A stretch of 52,814 nucleotides of DNA, the filler included, from Catajapyx aquilonaris (lineage: Eukaryota): assembly GCA_000934665.2 (NCBI GenBank). It is 3 parts of 3 records of this genome, joined end to end, with 100 filler letters (N's around TTAATTAATTAA, not from the genome) between each part and the next. Parts side by side here need not be neighbours in the genome. Positions count along the whole stretch, not along the records: positions 1 to 17,494 come from JYFJ02006930.1; 2 more parts are not named here. The stretch is one strand, 5' to 3'. Shown one piece after another: positions 1 through 12,647 of this stretch. The notes below the pieces were generated by a model, which did not search any database, was not told the DNA's origin, and saw nothing but the letters and a program-made list of their open reading frames with translations. Numbering within the stretch: the first letter of the stretch is position 1; the number at the start of each line of letters is the position of its first letter. A program made the position numbers and the translations under genes.

Positions 1-97
1 AGATGGCATGCCCTTGCGGGCCTCCTGAGAGACAGAAAAAAATATTATGTGGACCCCTAGAAAAAGCGCCAAACAATAGCGGATAGAAAAGGGTTAA
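1..97. mobile_element. End of a piggyBac-like element
   Basis: Ends AAAGGG-TTAA at 88-97; sequence after the TTAA resumes homology with the paralogous site near 3938 (ttaagaggaaagaaaaatcaag). Confidence 0.5.
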
Positions 98-904
98 AAG
101 GAAAGAAAAATCAAGAAAGAAATCATACACGGCTTGCATAATCCTGATTACAACTGGTTATTGATCTTGTGGTTTGCACTGGTAATACAACTAGACTATC
201 AAAAAATGATACATTTTGAAAACTTCCTTGTTAATGACCATCAATAATAATCTGAAAAACCATAATTAATTATAACATTATTTTACAGACTGTTATCATC
301 AAGAGACTCTTCAAATAAGATACTATTGTAAATGAAACACTACTGCATAAACACCTAAAATAAAATGCAAGTTATTTCATGCATTTGTGCATAGAATATG
401 AGAAGAAAAAATCAAGTGAACTGCTCGTACTGTTAGTCATGAAAACAGAGGAGAAAGGGGGAGGGAATGGCATGGGAGGAGTGAATAGGAGCTGAGAGTG
501 GTCAACTGCAGGGTTCAGAAACTTCCTCTGGTACATTACAAACAGCAACACTTTATGCTGCTGAATATTTGGGTAGAAATTGGCAATAAAACAGGTTACC
601 TACAAATCTGTTTTGAATTTTGAAAAATCTCCTGGAAGAGTGAAACTGCCTCAGTCATATTTCTACCTATTGTCACAACGGCATTCTGGGAGGGAGACTA
701 GATAGCAGTGACATGCAAGGAAACTTACTTTTTTACAGTATAGTAAAAAAAAAGTATCAATTTACAATTGGTTACAATTATTGGTTGTGAATTTACAATT
801 GACAACCATCAAAAATTTGAACAATTATTAACTATGCAATTGACAAAATTTCTAAAGAAAAGTAACCATGTAAATGTTAATCTCAAAAATATATCCAATG
901 CATA

Positions 905-1924
905 CTACATCCACATTTCGGAAACAACCTTCAAGACCTCAACATCAGCACATTCCTTCCAAGACTGACTCTCTTTCACCTCCTTTGAATTGGACTTGAT
1001 GAATTGCAAGCATCCATCCTTCAGTGCTGGCAAGTCAAGGAAGATGGCATTACTCAAAATGTTCATTACATTATCAGCAGACAAAATGTTGTTGATATGC
1101 TCCTCCATGAGAAACTGAAGACGTGGGATCTGATACTTTTGGGATACAATCAACATATCCATGGCCATCTCTGTCACGGCTTCAGGGGCTTCATCAGTGT
1201 ACATGAAAGTAATGAGACCTCTCAGGACATCTGGCTGCAAGTCCTTGATGACAACTCTGCCCCTCTTCTTTTCCTCAGTGTCATGCTCAAACATGGCTGC
1301 AAACACAGGGCTTCGAGCACACAGAATGAACTTGTGCACTGGAAGTTCTGATCCGTCACTTGCCACCAGAGTTACATCCTTGCCAACGTGGGACTCCAGC
1401 ATGCACTTCACATCATCAAATATTCCAGGGCCGCAAACTTTAGGTGTCTTCTTAAAATTCATATCCAACATGACCTCTCCCTTGCAAATCAAAGTCAGGG
1501 TATCATTTGGAAGAAGGTCAGATGCTCTCTCTTTCAAGACTTTGATTTCAATGAATTCATGAAACCCCCAAAATTCACTTTGGCAGGAAAATGTGCACAT
1601 CTTTTCAGCAGCATCCCTCGTGTAGTCCGCTTTGTCATTGGAACTCTTAATGGTGAGGGAAATTGTGGTCGGGTATTGGTAACCATAGGCATCAGAATAG
1701 CAATGAAGGTAAAGAGAGATATAACCATCATCACCATCTTCAGTGTATCCGTTGGGATAAAGGTCCAGCTGCCAATGTGTTGACGAATGTAATCCACTGA
1801 CAGTGAAGGGATCAGATTTCAGTAATTCTGCATTCATTCCATGGGGCTTGTAGTTTGCAATGGTCCATTTAAACAAAAACGGCTTCACATCTGCTGTCAT
1901 GGTGAATTTCTGTTGGGTAGTCAT
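905..1924 (-). CDS. MATH-BTB(-BACK) protein, SPOP/roadkill-like, array copy 1 (339 aa, intronless CDS)
   Basis: MATH motifs FKWTIANY, WQLDLYPNG, YISLYL, WGFHEFI; BTB motifs DVTLV, PVHKFILCARSPVFAAMF, FMYTD; BACK-like LKDGCLQFI. The start is ATG 1924 (MTTQQ, matched in all three copies), just after a conserved ttttcacag acceptor at 1940-1941. The ORF-track N-terminal extension is intronic. Confidence 0.9.
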   Translation of the reverse strand: MTTQQKFTMTADVKPFLFKWTIANYKPHGMNAELLKSDPFTVSGLHSSTHWQLDLYPNGYTEDGDDGYISLYLHCYSDAYGYQYPTTISLTIKSSNDKADYTRDAAEKMCTFSCQSEFWGFHEFIEIKVLKERASDLLPNDTLTLICKGEVMLDMNFKKTPKVCGPGIFDDVKCMLESHVGKDVTLVASDGSELPVHKFILCARSPVFAAMFEHDTEEKKRGRVVIKDLQPDVLRGLITFMYTDEAPEAVTEMAMDMLIVSQKYQIPRLQFLMEEHINNILSADNVMNILSNAIFLDLPALKDGCLQFIKSNSKEVKESQSWKECADVEVLKVVSEMWM

Positions 1925-2502
1925 TTTTTGCCAATCAAACTGTGAAAAAGTAAGAAAGTATTTTTTCAATGTATTGTTTCCACTGCAGAGAACAAATAAT
2001 GCTATCATTTTCCTTTGCAGCATCCTAATATAATAAGAGTGAAAACGAGCCCAGCCTGAATCACAACTATACAACACACCTGAACTAATGTCTGGTCAGG
2101 GGCTGGTCGATGGAAGAATGTCGTCGTCTCTTTGCCCAGTTCTGTCTGAATCCTGGGCCAGAATGAGACTCCGCATCCGCAGGTTTTCGATGGAATATTG
2201 TGGGGAACAAAAAAGTTGCCAGATGCAAAAGGCAAAATAGAACCCCCCGAAATCAACGTTAAAAATTACTAAACTGGCAACTCCGCATTTATTCCAGGGT
2301 AAACAATATGTGCGTACAACCGTTTGAAGAAACTTGATCATCATAAATAAGGCGTATTACCACAAATTACATTGCAATATTATTTTATATAACTACAAAA
2401 GTTGCACCGATGCAAAAACAAATAAATTATACAATCTTTTTATCGGCGTGGTACCTCCTTCATGGATGTTACCCTGATTCGCCTGATATAAACAGTAAAA
2501 GA

Positions 2503-2565
2503 TGCGCATGCGTGGAGTAATCCTTTCGAAACCGTTTCGGACAAGATGGCGGCTGGACGCCATCT
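2503..2565. promoter_or_regulatory. Candidate promoter motifs upstream of MATH-BTB copy 1
   Basis: TGCGCATGCGT (NRF1/Ewg-like, 2503-2513) and AAGATGGCGGC (YY1/Pho, 2543-2553) in a local CpG-rich patch; could instead be a TE interior. Confidence 0.35.
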
Positions 2566-4477
2566 CAAAATTTGACATTAATGTGAGAAATTTATATGGG
2601 AAGTAGGCTACTGTACATTATTGTAATTTACTAGCGTTAAAGGCACCATCACAAGTCAAGCGTTGGAAATAAATGAATAAAAAATCCTGAATTGTCAATT
2701 TTACAATGATTTTGTTCATCTTTGGCGTAATTTTTCTCAATGTGGGACGGACTGGAACGATTTTAGAGTTACATGAATGAAATTAAGTGGTTTTTCATGC
2801 TTGATGACCTAGTGAAGAAGTAGGCTATATTCACTTACCTTTACCTTAAGGCTTACCGGTATCTTAGCCATAAGGGGGTCATCAGTCACTGAAACACACT
2901 GGCACTACTACACAATGCAACTAAATAAACCACTGGAATCAATTTGTCCTGTCCACATCACAGAGATGTGTATGGTTATTGTTTATTATGAGTTATGACT
3001 GACAAAATAAGTCTTACTGTTTTGGATCAGTTCTTCAATAACTTTATTTTATGGATATAGTGTACAGTTTGTTAGAGACTAAAAATTAACTGGAGAGATA
3101 CACAGTTTGAATATGGCACTTATTATTTGGATGGCATTAATCTCATGTATAATAAGGCACTGTTCAAAATTTAGCTCAACATTTTGTTTAAATCAAAACT
3201 TTTACTATTTTCTACTAAAAATTCATCCAAATACTAAACATGATCTGTGAATACAAAGCACATTTGAAATAAATTCCAACAGCAATGCAAGTCTAGACAA
3301 TAATAATTACAGAAAATTCTGACCCAATAAACATAAGATTAAAATTAGTACAGTACTAATATACGAATGGATGCATTACATAACTCTCTCTCACACCAAA
3401 TTATGTATAGCAGCATTGAATAAGGTTGTCCTTTGATAAAGCTCCATTATAGAAAATCTGACAAGTCACATTGAGCCCCAACAGTTGCTTCCCATCTGAA
3501 GGTCTACAAACACCAAACGGGTTAGGTATAACAAAACAAAGGAAGAAAAATGTGAATAACATCAAAATGACAATTACAGATCAGATCACTATTTGACATC
3601 ATTGGTGTTCCTGCTAGCATCACTGTTGGGAAGTCTGGAGAGAGGAAACGAGATGGAGGTAACGTCCAGCCTGTCCAGGATGCATGATTCGCAAAACGCT
3701 GCTGGAAGATTGTTGTTCACATTCGTGTCACTAGAAAATTTTTGCAGATGTTTGCCTGACCTTGAGAATTTGCAGGTTTTTATGTATAACATTTGATGCA
3801 CATATTAGTTTTCCAATTGTTCGCCTAACCCATTGGTCCTATTGGAAATGAGGGTGTGCAAAATCCACATCAATCTACATTCTGAAGCACATGGTATAAT
3901 GATGTCCAAAATCATCACAGCCTCAACCATTACCATATTTAAGAGGAAAGAAAAATCAAGAAAGAAATATTATACATGGCTTGCATAATATTTCTCCCTT
4001 GACAAGTTTCTGTTGTATGTACACTGTACTCCTGATGGTCCGTGTGCAGATTTTATTATTGGTGTTATAGCTTATCCATGCTGAACCAAAAAAAGATAGA
4101 ATTAAAAGTCCAAAAGAGTGACAGTATGTCGCACAAGCGAATAAATACAACAAACTTTCTCCAGAAAATAAACTAAAAATCTATTTCTAGCTTATTAATT
4201 TGATCAAACCTTATTAAGAGCAGCATTCAAGTATGTTATATGCTGCTTTATCAGGAGTATAGTATACATCACAAATAGTATTGTTGCAAGCTGCTGCAGA
4301 TCTGAGTAGAAATAAGCGATAAAATTGGTGAACTAAGAAGTTATTTTGGCAACTTTCCTGAAAGCATCATCCATGAATCTAGCCATTTTCACTTTTATAG
4401 GCAGTCTGGAGGAGAGTTTACATATCAGGAACATGCACACAAACAATCTGATTTAAAGAAAAAGATTTAAAGAAAGA

Positions 4478-4595
4478 CAATGGGTGGAATTTTCATCCCA
4501 ATGCTAGTTACTGCTAACTTAGCAGTACCAGTGTTGGCAATATGGTACTACTAAGTTAGCAGTAACTAGCCCATGGACAAAAATGTCACCCATTG
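4478..4595. repeat. ~118-bp palindrome (mini-MITE) downstream of MATH-BTB copy 2
   Basis: caatgggtg..gctagttactgctaacttag / ctaagttagcagtaactagc..cacccattg; absent from the paralogous flanks. Confidence 0.75.
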
Positions 4596-4733
4596 CATCA
4601 ATTTACACATGGCAACCAACTGTAATGTGAACAATGATGAACAATGCTACTGACACAGTTCCCATTGCTACTGCACTGCAGATAAACACACTAACTGTAT
4701 AAATGTTCATCACAATAATCTATCTAATGCATA

Positions 4734-5727
4734 CTACATCCACATTTCGGAAACAACCTTCAAGACCTCAACATCAGCACATTCCTTCCAAGACTGACTC
4801 TCTTTCACCTCCTTTGAATTGGACTTGATGAACTGCAAGCATCCATCCTTCAGTGCTGGCAAGTCAAGGAAGATGGCATTACTCAAAATGTTCATTACAT
4901 TATCAGCAAACAATATGTTGTTGATATGCTCCTCCATGAGAAACTGAAGACGTGGGATCTGATACTTATGGGATGCAATCAGCAGATTCACAGCCTGCTC
5001 CATCACATATTCAGGGGCTTCATCAGTGTACATGAAAATAACCAGGCCTCTCAGAACATCTGGCTGCAAGTCCTTGATGACAATCCTGCCCGTCTTCTTC
5101 TCCTCCGTATCATGCTTAAGCATGGCTGCAAACACAGGGCTTCTGGCACACAGAATGAACTTGTGCACTGGAAGTTCTGATCCGTCACTTCCCACCAGAG
5201 TTACATCCCTGCCAACTTGGGACTCCAGCATGGACTTCGAATCCTCAAGCAGTCCAGCGCCACGAACTTCAGGTGTCTTCTTAAAATTCATATCCAACAT
5301 GACGTCTCCCTTGCAAATCAAAGTCAGGGTATCATTTGGAAGAAGGTCAGAAGCTCTCTCTTCCAATAAATTTAGGAAACCCCCAATATTCATATTCCTC
5401 GGAAAATGAGGGGATCCCATCAAAATCACTCAGTGTGAAATCCTTGCCATTGGCACTCTTTATGGTGAGGGAAAATGTGGTAGAGAATGGGATACCATCT
5501 GTATCACAATGGCAATGAAGGTAAAGAGAGATGTAACCATCATCACCGTTGTGTCCGTTGGGATGAAGCACCAGCTCCCATTTTGTTGACTCCAATCCAC
5601 TGATGGTGAATGGATCAGATATAATAATTGCTTTATCCATTTCATAGGGCTTGTAGTTTGCAATGGTCCATTTAAAACAAAATGGCCTCATATCTGCTGT
5701 AATGATGAGTTGCTGTTCAGTAGTCAT
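4734..5727 (-). pseudogene. MATH-BTB array copy 2, frameshifted by a 14-bp deletion near 5366
   Basis: The MATH part lies in ORF 5347-5739 and the BTB-BACK part in ORF 4734-5429, in a different frame. Against copies 1 and 3 the 14-mer gactttgatttcaa is missing between 5366 and 5367. No other stop or frameshift was seen. Confidence 0.82.
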
Positions 5728-7411
5728 TTTTTTGCCCATTAACTGTGAAATGAAGAAGGAAAATTATTTTCTGTAACAAATCTTTGTTTCCACTGCACAG
5801 AACTCTAATAATGCTATCATAAACTGTCAAAAGTAGTATCAGGTAGTATCTACCCATATATCTACCATAAGTTCACCCACAAGAAAATGAAAATCAGCAC
5901 AACATGACTATGTCTCAGTTTAGCTATTGAAGCTAACAATGTTGCAAGGGTACTTATAATGCGACTATATTGGTACCTTCATGTATGTCACCAAACAACA
6001 AGATAATTTTGATACACTATTGAATGGATTTATCCTGTGTTTCATAACTTTGATCACACAAACAGAAACTTCCCAGGGCAGTCCCATTGGCATACTGATG
6101 TGAAATTAAATAAAACTGAAACATCACATACTGCACAGATTAAAAGTCAGTAGTCACATATCAAAACATTTAACCCTGCACATCACATGTAAAATAAATA
6201 TTATATACTGCACTGAATATTACACTTGCATTTTGCAAAATATCACAAAATAATTATAACAGTGGAAATGTGGTCCCGCAACAAATATTGAATATTTTTG
6301 TTAAACATGCACCACTGTAACTACTGTAATAGACTAATACATTGTGTATGAACATGAAGTAAACCTCAAATAAAGTTAACAGGTTGTGTAGGACAGCGGC
6401 TACTGTTTCCTAGGAGAGTACCCTACAACATAATCGTGGGATTTTGTTGCTTCATGTCAAAGAGCACTGTTGTGTCATTTAGAGCTCTATGTTCTTTATT
6501 ATTTCCCCAAGGGACAAACATTTGCTTGACACAGGTTTGCAAGCTGAAACTGGATAAAATTTTTTGATTCCACAAGGAAACATATAAGGTAAGCTACTGT
6601 AATACCTCCCATAAAGCGGCATGCCAGAGTAGTCGAGGTCAACCAAGTTTAAGAAATGCATGATTTGGTGGCTATACTGGCATGCCAGTATAAGGTGAAG
6701 TTTTCACATACTGTAAGTTACATTATCCTTTCCGAACTTGACATTTGCCTGAAAATCGAAATTCATGTAAAGTCTATCGAAAATGCACATTTTCCGAATA
6801 GGGCACCCGTACCATATATTGTTTTCAATTGCAGTGTCTGGCAATAATCTCTATTTAGGCTGGAATCGTGGTGGCTCCCACAGGTATGCTCCAATAAGTG
6901 ACGTCATGCCGATAAGGATGGCTGCCGATGAGGGAGTCGTATATCTGCAATCATGGTGGCCTCTCATACTGGCTCTTTAATTGGGCCGGACTCACCCCCC
7001 CAGCTATAACTTGCGAAGCCTGGTATCCATGATGCAATGCGCTATAACAGCCAATCCCGGAACAGGCTTCTCGCGCGGGTTGGCAGACATATGAATTCAC
7101 CAGGGAGTCGCACAATAACAAGACAAATTAATAACAGATAACAATATACAACGTGAGAAAATACATGACCACAGCCAGTGCGAGCAGTGGGAGGAAGTCG
7201 ACGCGCCCAAACTGGAGGTTCCCAGACGTATCGTGGGATACCTGAAGAACCATGAGGATTTGGTAGGTGGTGTGTTCTGTCCAACCCTGCCACAGAAAAA
7301 TGCTCCTACTACAAAACTCAGGTGTGGCATGCAATGAAATATATTTTATTACAGCTTGCAAAGAAACCAATCCCAGAGTGCCAGAACCGGAAGCATTTCA
7401 TGCATGTCAAT

Positions 7412-7770
7412 TTTTATTATTATTATTATTTTATTTTACGTACCCCTTGATGGCCCTCTATGGGCCTTTCGGGGGGTGGCAGACCACCATACAGTATTCT
7501 ATTTTCTTAAACTTCAATCTCCATGCAAGGAATACTAGGATATAGGGTAGGGAAAGGGATTGTTGGGGAGGGGACACTTGTGCAGGTGCATTGTCTAGGC
7601 TTTTGGGCCATGTGCAGGCCCCCAGGAGGTTAGGTTGCCAGACACCTCCTTGGTGCAGGTCAGAGACCCTCCCGAAGCAGGTGAAAGGAAGTTCCCCAGG
7701 CGGGGATCGAACCTGGGGCCTTTCACTCAGCAAGCCGAGACGTTACCATCTCGGCCACCACACCTCCCCC
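7412..7770 (-). mobile_element. tRNA-derived SINE, family A, copy 1
   Basis: A box TGGCCGAGATGG, B box GGTTCGATCCC, (AAT)n/A-rich tail; 14-bp TSD tcatgcatgtcaat at 7398-7411 and 7771-7784; homologous to the copies at 41 kb and 52.1 kb. Confidence 0.9.
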
Positions 7771-8470
7771 TCATGCATGTCAATGATATCAATGAACTGC
7801 AATCACACATTGGGGTTAATAATCCCCGCTAATAATAAAGGACAAAACGTGCATATTTTAATTACACCAGATGAGTCACGGTTCCACTCCTTTTTACCAG
7901 CAGCAGAATCTGTTTTTCAACTCCTCACTCAAGTGTAATAATCAGCGCACTAGCAGGTTACCCGGTGTTGACCGGGTATGTTGGGGTGCTGGTGAAGATA
8001 GGGGTATACGTATATCTGTGATAGATTACCTGCTTGTCTTATAGCGTACAGTCGACACGGATATTCTGATTGGATGTGTAAAGGAGGAATGCGGATGGAG
8101 TTGGCCCAGGAAAAGACTGCACAGCCATGCGTTTTTCCCCCTGCATTTTTGACCCCTTGACCACCCCCCCCCCCAACCCCACTTCCCACCCCCACCTCGT
8201 TCCATATGTTTGCTCTGAAGAACTTTAGAAATGTACGTACAGATGTATGATGGGAAATTTTGTTTTCAACACGGAGTAATATTTAGCAAACACTGTATTA
8301 TTTAATTGTATTCACTATGTCTGGAAGTCTACTTTCAAATCCCACAAAATCCCGGAATTACCATAAGATACGAAGTCACGTGAGGTGGCCAATTAGCGTA
8401 AGTGGTGGATGCGCTGAATTTACGGAGATGGTTTAATTTGCTAGGTATGGTTGCATAAGAGTATTTCTTA

Positions 8471-8792
8471 GGGGAGACAAAGTGGAGCTGCGGAAATGTA
8501 TGCTCCCACGGATGTTAAGGTCCCGGGTTCGATCCCAGCCCGGGGTTCCCTCCTTCATCCCGTGCAGAGTTGGGTCGTCTCTGGCTTAGTTTCGGGTGGA
8601 ATCTCCTGAGACTAATCCACCGGGGGGAGTTCACAAAATATACCGTTTGAGAATAATTGTACTTGCACCTTGCACATCCCCTCCCAGTCACCCTGCCCGT
8701 GGGCCCGGGTGCTACGTCAAAAAGGTTCCATCAAGACGAAATAAAGGTTCCCTCCCTGCGGTACGATGCAGGGAGGTAAATAGCTAAAAAAA
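8471..8792 (+). mobile_element. tRNA-derived SINE, different family, with 3' stem-loop
   Basis: B box GGTTCGATCCC near 8526; 3' hairpin CCTCCCTGC...GCAGGGAGG at 8751-8776, then a poly(A) tail. Confidence 0.65.
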
Positions 8793-11700
8793 GATAGGCA
8801 TTTCCATGGGAATGCAAATTGATTTATTGTTATTGATGTAAGCTAATTGTTGAGGCAGGAATATGCGTGTTGTGGGAGTTAGGTACATTTTCGGAAGCTG
8901 AAACATGCGGCGTTAGATTCCTTGGAAAAAGTAACCCCCGATATGCTTATTTAAGGCGGTGTAGGGGCCTTCCCCTGGATTTCTATAAGGGACAAACTAA
9001 CTAACTAACTAACAATCAAACTTCCTTATTTATAGATATAGATAACGGGCATAACTGACAAATTTCTGTTTTTTGTAAGGGGTATTTCGCAAATGATGGG
9101 TATGATGGGATAAAATTATTCGTAGAGGTCCCTTGTTATCATGGATGGTGGTTTCTCTGTCAGGTTGGGTGGCGATCATCCTAGGACAATCAGGAGCAGC
9201 GGGCAGTTGCGATTGTTGCACAGTGTCGGGGTTTCCACTACTTTTGAAAATCCATCATGTTGTATAGGGTGATAGCAGGTGATAGGAAGTTTTTCATGAG
9301 GTTTTCAGGTGCACAATGTTGAACCATGTGGCCGACTGCGAAAATCCTTCCCTATTACAATGCACATCCAAACAGGCCTCCGAGCTGACCCTGGATGCAC
9401 TCCACACCATTGCATTGCATTCGGTTGGGGATGTGATGAGAAATCCGAACTGATAGAACGCCACCAAGCCACAGGCCGCCCCCGGGCACTCTCCCCACCA
9501 ACCTGAAGCAAACCAGGCCCCACCAAAACTCCCTAGGGGGCTGAAAAAGCCCAGAGCCAACCCTCCCATAACTCTGTGAGAACTCCAGACGTCCCCTACA
9601 TTTATGGGATGGTTTGAATTCTGCACCCCCGATAACTTTCCAGCGCGATAGCGACCCTCGTACTTGCGGGAATTCCGTCACAACTTATGCCCCTGTAGGC
9701 TTACGTGAGCCACCACGATTCCAGCCTTAAACAGTACGATGGGATTGGTCACTGACTCTACATTTTTATATGCACTGTGCAACAGACCTTGCCTGTACAC
9801 TCGCACATTTTCATTGTAACATTATTTTAGAACGGTACCAGAAGCATTCCAAAAATTTTTGCAAGGATCAAAATTACGGAAATCTACCTTGGTTATTACA
9901 GCATGCCGGCCATACCCCGCGTTATATCGGCATGCCACTTTATGAGAGGTAATACGATATCAAAATCCCAGTCTAACCTTACCAGTGGAGATTACAATAA
10001 AGCACAATATTCCATGTAGCATGCAATGAGCACATTTGCGCCATTAAAAATTATGCAAAATGTGCCTAATTCAATGGCAGAAACATGTATAATGCAAACT
10101 TTTGATCGGACTAGTTGGGCAGAAACATTTTAATCCAAACTCGCAACTTAATTAGTCATCCATGCCATGGTCACTACTGCTTACAGACCCTCAACCACCC
10201 TTCTGTACTGACCACGCTGTCTACTCTATAACAATGAACATTCTCAGTCACACCTGCAGGAAAGCAATAAGAGCAATAACTACATGTCCCCCAAACCACA
10301 TACTTGAAAACTATATAGGCTACCAATTTGTCACATTTCTGCATGATGTATAGTGTTCTGCAGGTACAAGTGAATGAAGAAAAAATAAACATTCACTAGA
10401 AAACAGTTCAAAATAATGTTTGAACCATGTGATCCGCAATTGCACGATTGTAAAAAAACAAAAACAAAACAAAACAAAAAAGCACAAAGAAAAAAAGGAA
10501 GAGTGTTGCCAAACGCAAGAAGAGTCAAAGGCCAAACGTTAGCAGTACTATGAAGCAATGTTAAAGCTTTAAATAAGCATTGAAACTATTCCAATTTTGT
10601 TACCCATAAAACCATAGGATGATGTGAAGTGTTTGTTTCCTTTTCAGGCCGCATAACTGGTAAAAGGTCAGGAAAAGTCCAGTTTGCCAGCATTTCGTGT
10701 GTTCCAGTTAGTCAACTGGCTTTGGGCACATGCATTGGACATTTCGCAGGGTTGTTAGAGGTTCCTCAACTTACCCAAAACAGCGGCTCAAACTCTAAGG
10801 CTGAAATCCTCGTCCGTTCGACGAGAGAGAATCCATCTTCGAATGGAGCCAGCGCCTCTCAACGGACACTGCTGAAAACTTGTGTGGAAAGGGGAACGGA
10901 CCGGAATGAACCAGCGAGGCGTGGATTGCAATGCGCCCTTCTTGCAAACAATGGCTCAAGATTTTGCTCACATTCGTGTCGGAATAAAATATTGTTGCGG
11001 ATGATTGTCGCACCTTCAAACTCGTCATGGTGTGTTATTTTGAAGCCCGTTAAATTACCTTTCCAACTATGTATATGACTCGTTGGCACGTATCACGGTT
11101 ATTATTAGGTTCTGCAATTAAAATGTCCACCTTACCTTATATTGACAGCTCTTCGCTGCAGTATCTGCATTATAGTAAAAATATTATTGTGGCATACAAA
11201 TATGTCTCACTGTTTTGAATCAGTTCAATAGCTTTATTCTGTGGCTGGGTTGTACATTGAGTGTTAATTTTAAAATCTATTGAACAACAAACAATACAGT
11301 TCGGTAAGTGACATTCATATTATTTCGGATTGCTTCAGCTCATGTCAGTCATGTGTAAGGGACTGGCGAAAATAAAATCAAAAATCAAAAATTCCAAACA
11401 GCTTATTGAACTATTTCCTATTAAAAATTGACATGATTACTGAACATTTTGTGCATATTAAGCTTATTTTCCAGTATAAATTCAACCCTGAACAATATAT
11501 CACAAAGCTTCTCATCAAATAAATAAATATTAAAATAAGTACGGTAACAATATCGGCAGTGAGCGCATGCATTACATTACTGATGACATTCTGTCCCGTC
11601 ATATCATGTATAACGCAGCATAGAAAACAAGTCCTTGAGCAAGCTCCATGTAGAAATAATTCTGAATGACATTGCCCCAACAGTATTGCTTCCCTCCTGA

Positions 11701-12647
11701 ATGTCTACAAACACCAAATGGGATAGTTGGTAACAAGATACAGAGAGAAAAATCCAGATAATATCAAAGTGACAATAACATTACTATTGGTACTGTAAAT
11801 GCTTATCCTAGCATCACTGTTGGGAGCTCTTGATGGAATGAGATGGAGGAATAGTTATTCAGTCTGTCTAAGACACGTGAATGTCACGAAGTCTTGCATG
11901 CAACACAGATTTCGGCTCACACTTTGGGTCAGTGAATTTTTTTTGAAGCCGTTCGTCTGAACGGAGTGTTGTTATGTGCGTAACACTTGAATTGTGTCAA
12001 ATGAGAATTCTAATATTATTGTCTGACTAATTCATTGGTCCTAATGGAAATGAGCTTTTGCAAAATTTCCAGCAATCTATAGATTTTGAAGCACACTATA
12101 AAATTATGTTGAAAAAGATAAAAGCAAGCCTCCACCATTACTGGCTTTAAAAAGGACACAAAAAAATTATTAATGAAGAATTATGTATGGCTTGCTATAT
12201 CCTATTACAACAAGTGGTGAAAGTGGTCATATTTATGCATGGCAGGGCAAGTTCAACCAGTGGCTCACAAACAGTATTGATCTGGTGCTACAGATTTGGG
12301 GTGAAAATTTGCAATGAAACTGGTGATCTACAAAAATATTTTAAATTTTGGAAACTTCCCTGGAAGTAACACTGCCTCAGCCATCAACCTGCCAATTTTC
12401 ACCATTCTAAGCAAACTGGAAGTTGTTAGATAGCCATAGCCTTAACATGCACACAAACTTTATTATTTATATTAGCAATGAAAGGTAAGGGGTCAATTAT
12501 TATTAACATGTGACTACCACACCAAACATGAACAATAACAATTAACTATGTACTGTAATTGACTCAGTATCTATTAGATTATTTCCCAAATAAAAAGAAC
12601 CAAAACAAAGGCAAATATGTTCATCTCAAAAATCTATCCAAGGTACA

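Larger units (their letters stand above)
6597..9957. mobile_element. TA-flanked Tc2/pogo-like element with nested insertions
   Basis: ~30-bp imperfect TIRs ctgtaatacctcccataaagcggcatgcc / ggcatgccactttatgagaggtaatacg; encloses two SINEs. Confidence 0.55.

Noticed and set aside
1004..1783. Plus-strand ORFs recurring over each MATH-BTB copy (also 4926-5409, 12885-13316)
   Set aside because: Antisense shadows of the real genes; their mutual similarity just reflects the duplicated sense CDS.
1925..2077. N-terminal extensions of the MATH-BTB ORFs (also 13656-13721)
   Set aside because: They cross a conserved splice acceptor and are not conserved as protein between copies, so they are 5'UTR/intron sequence.
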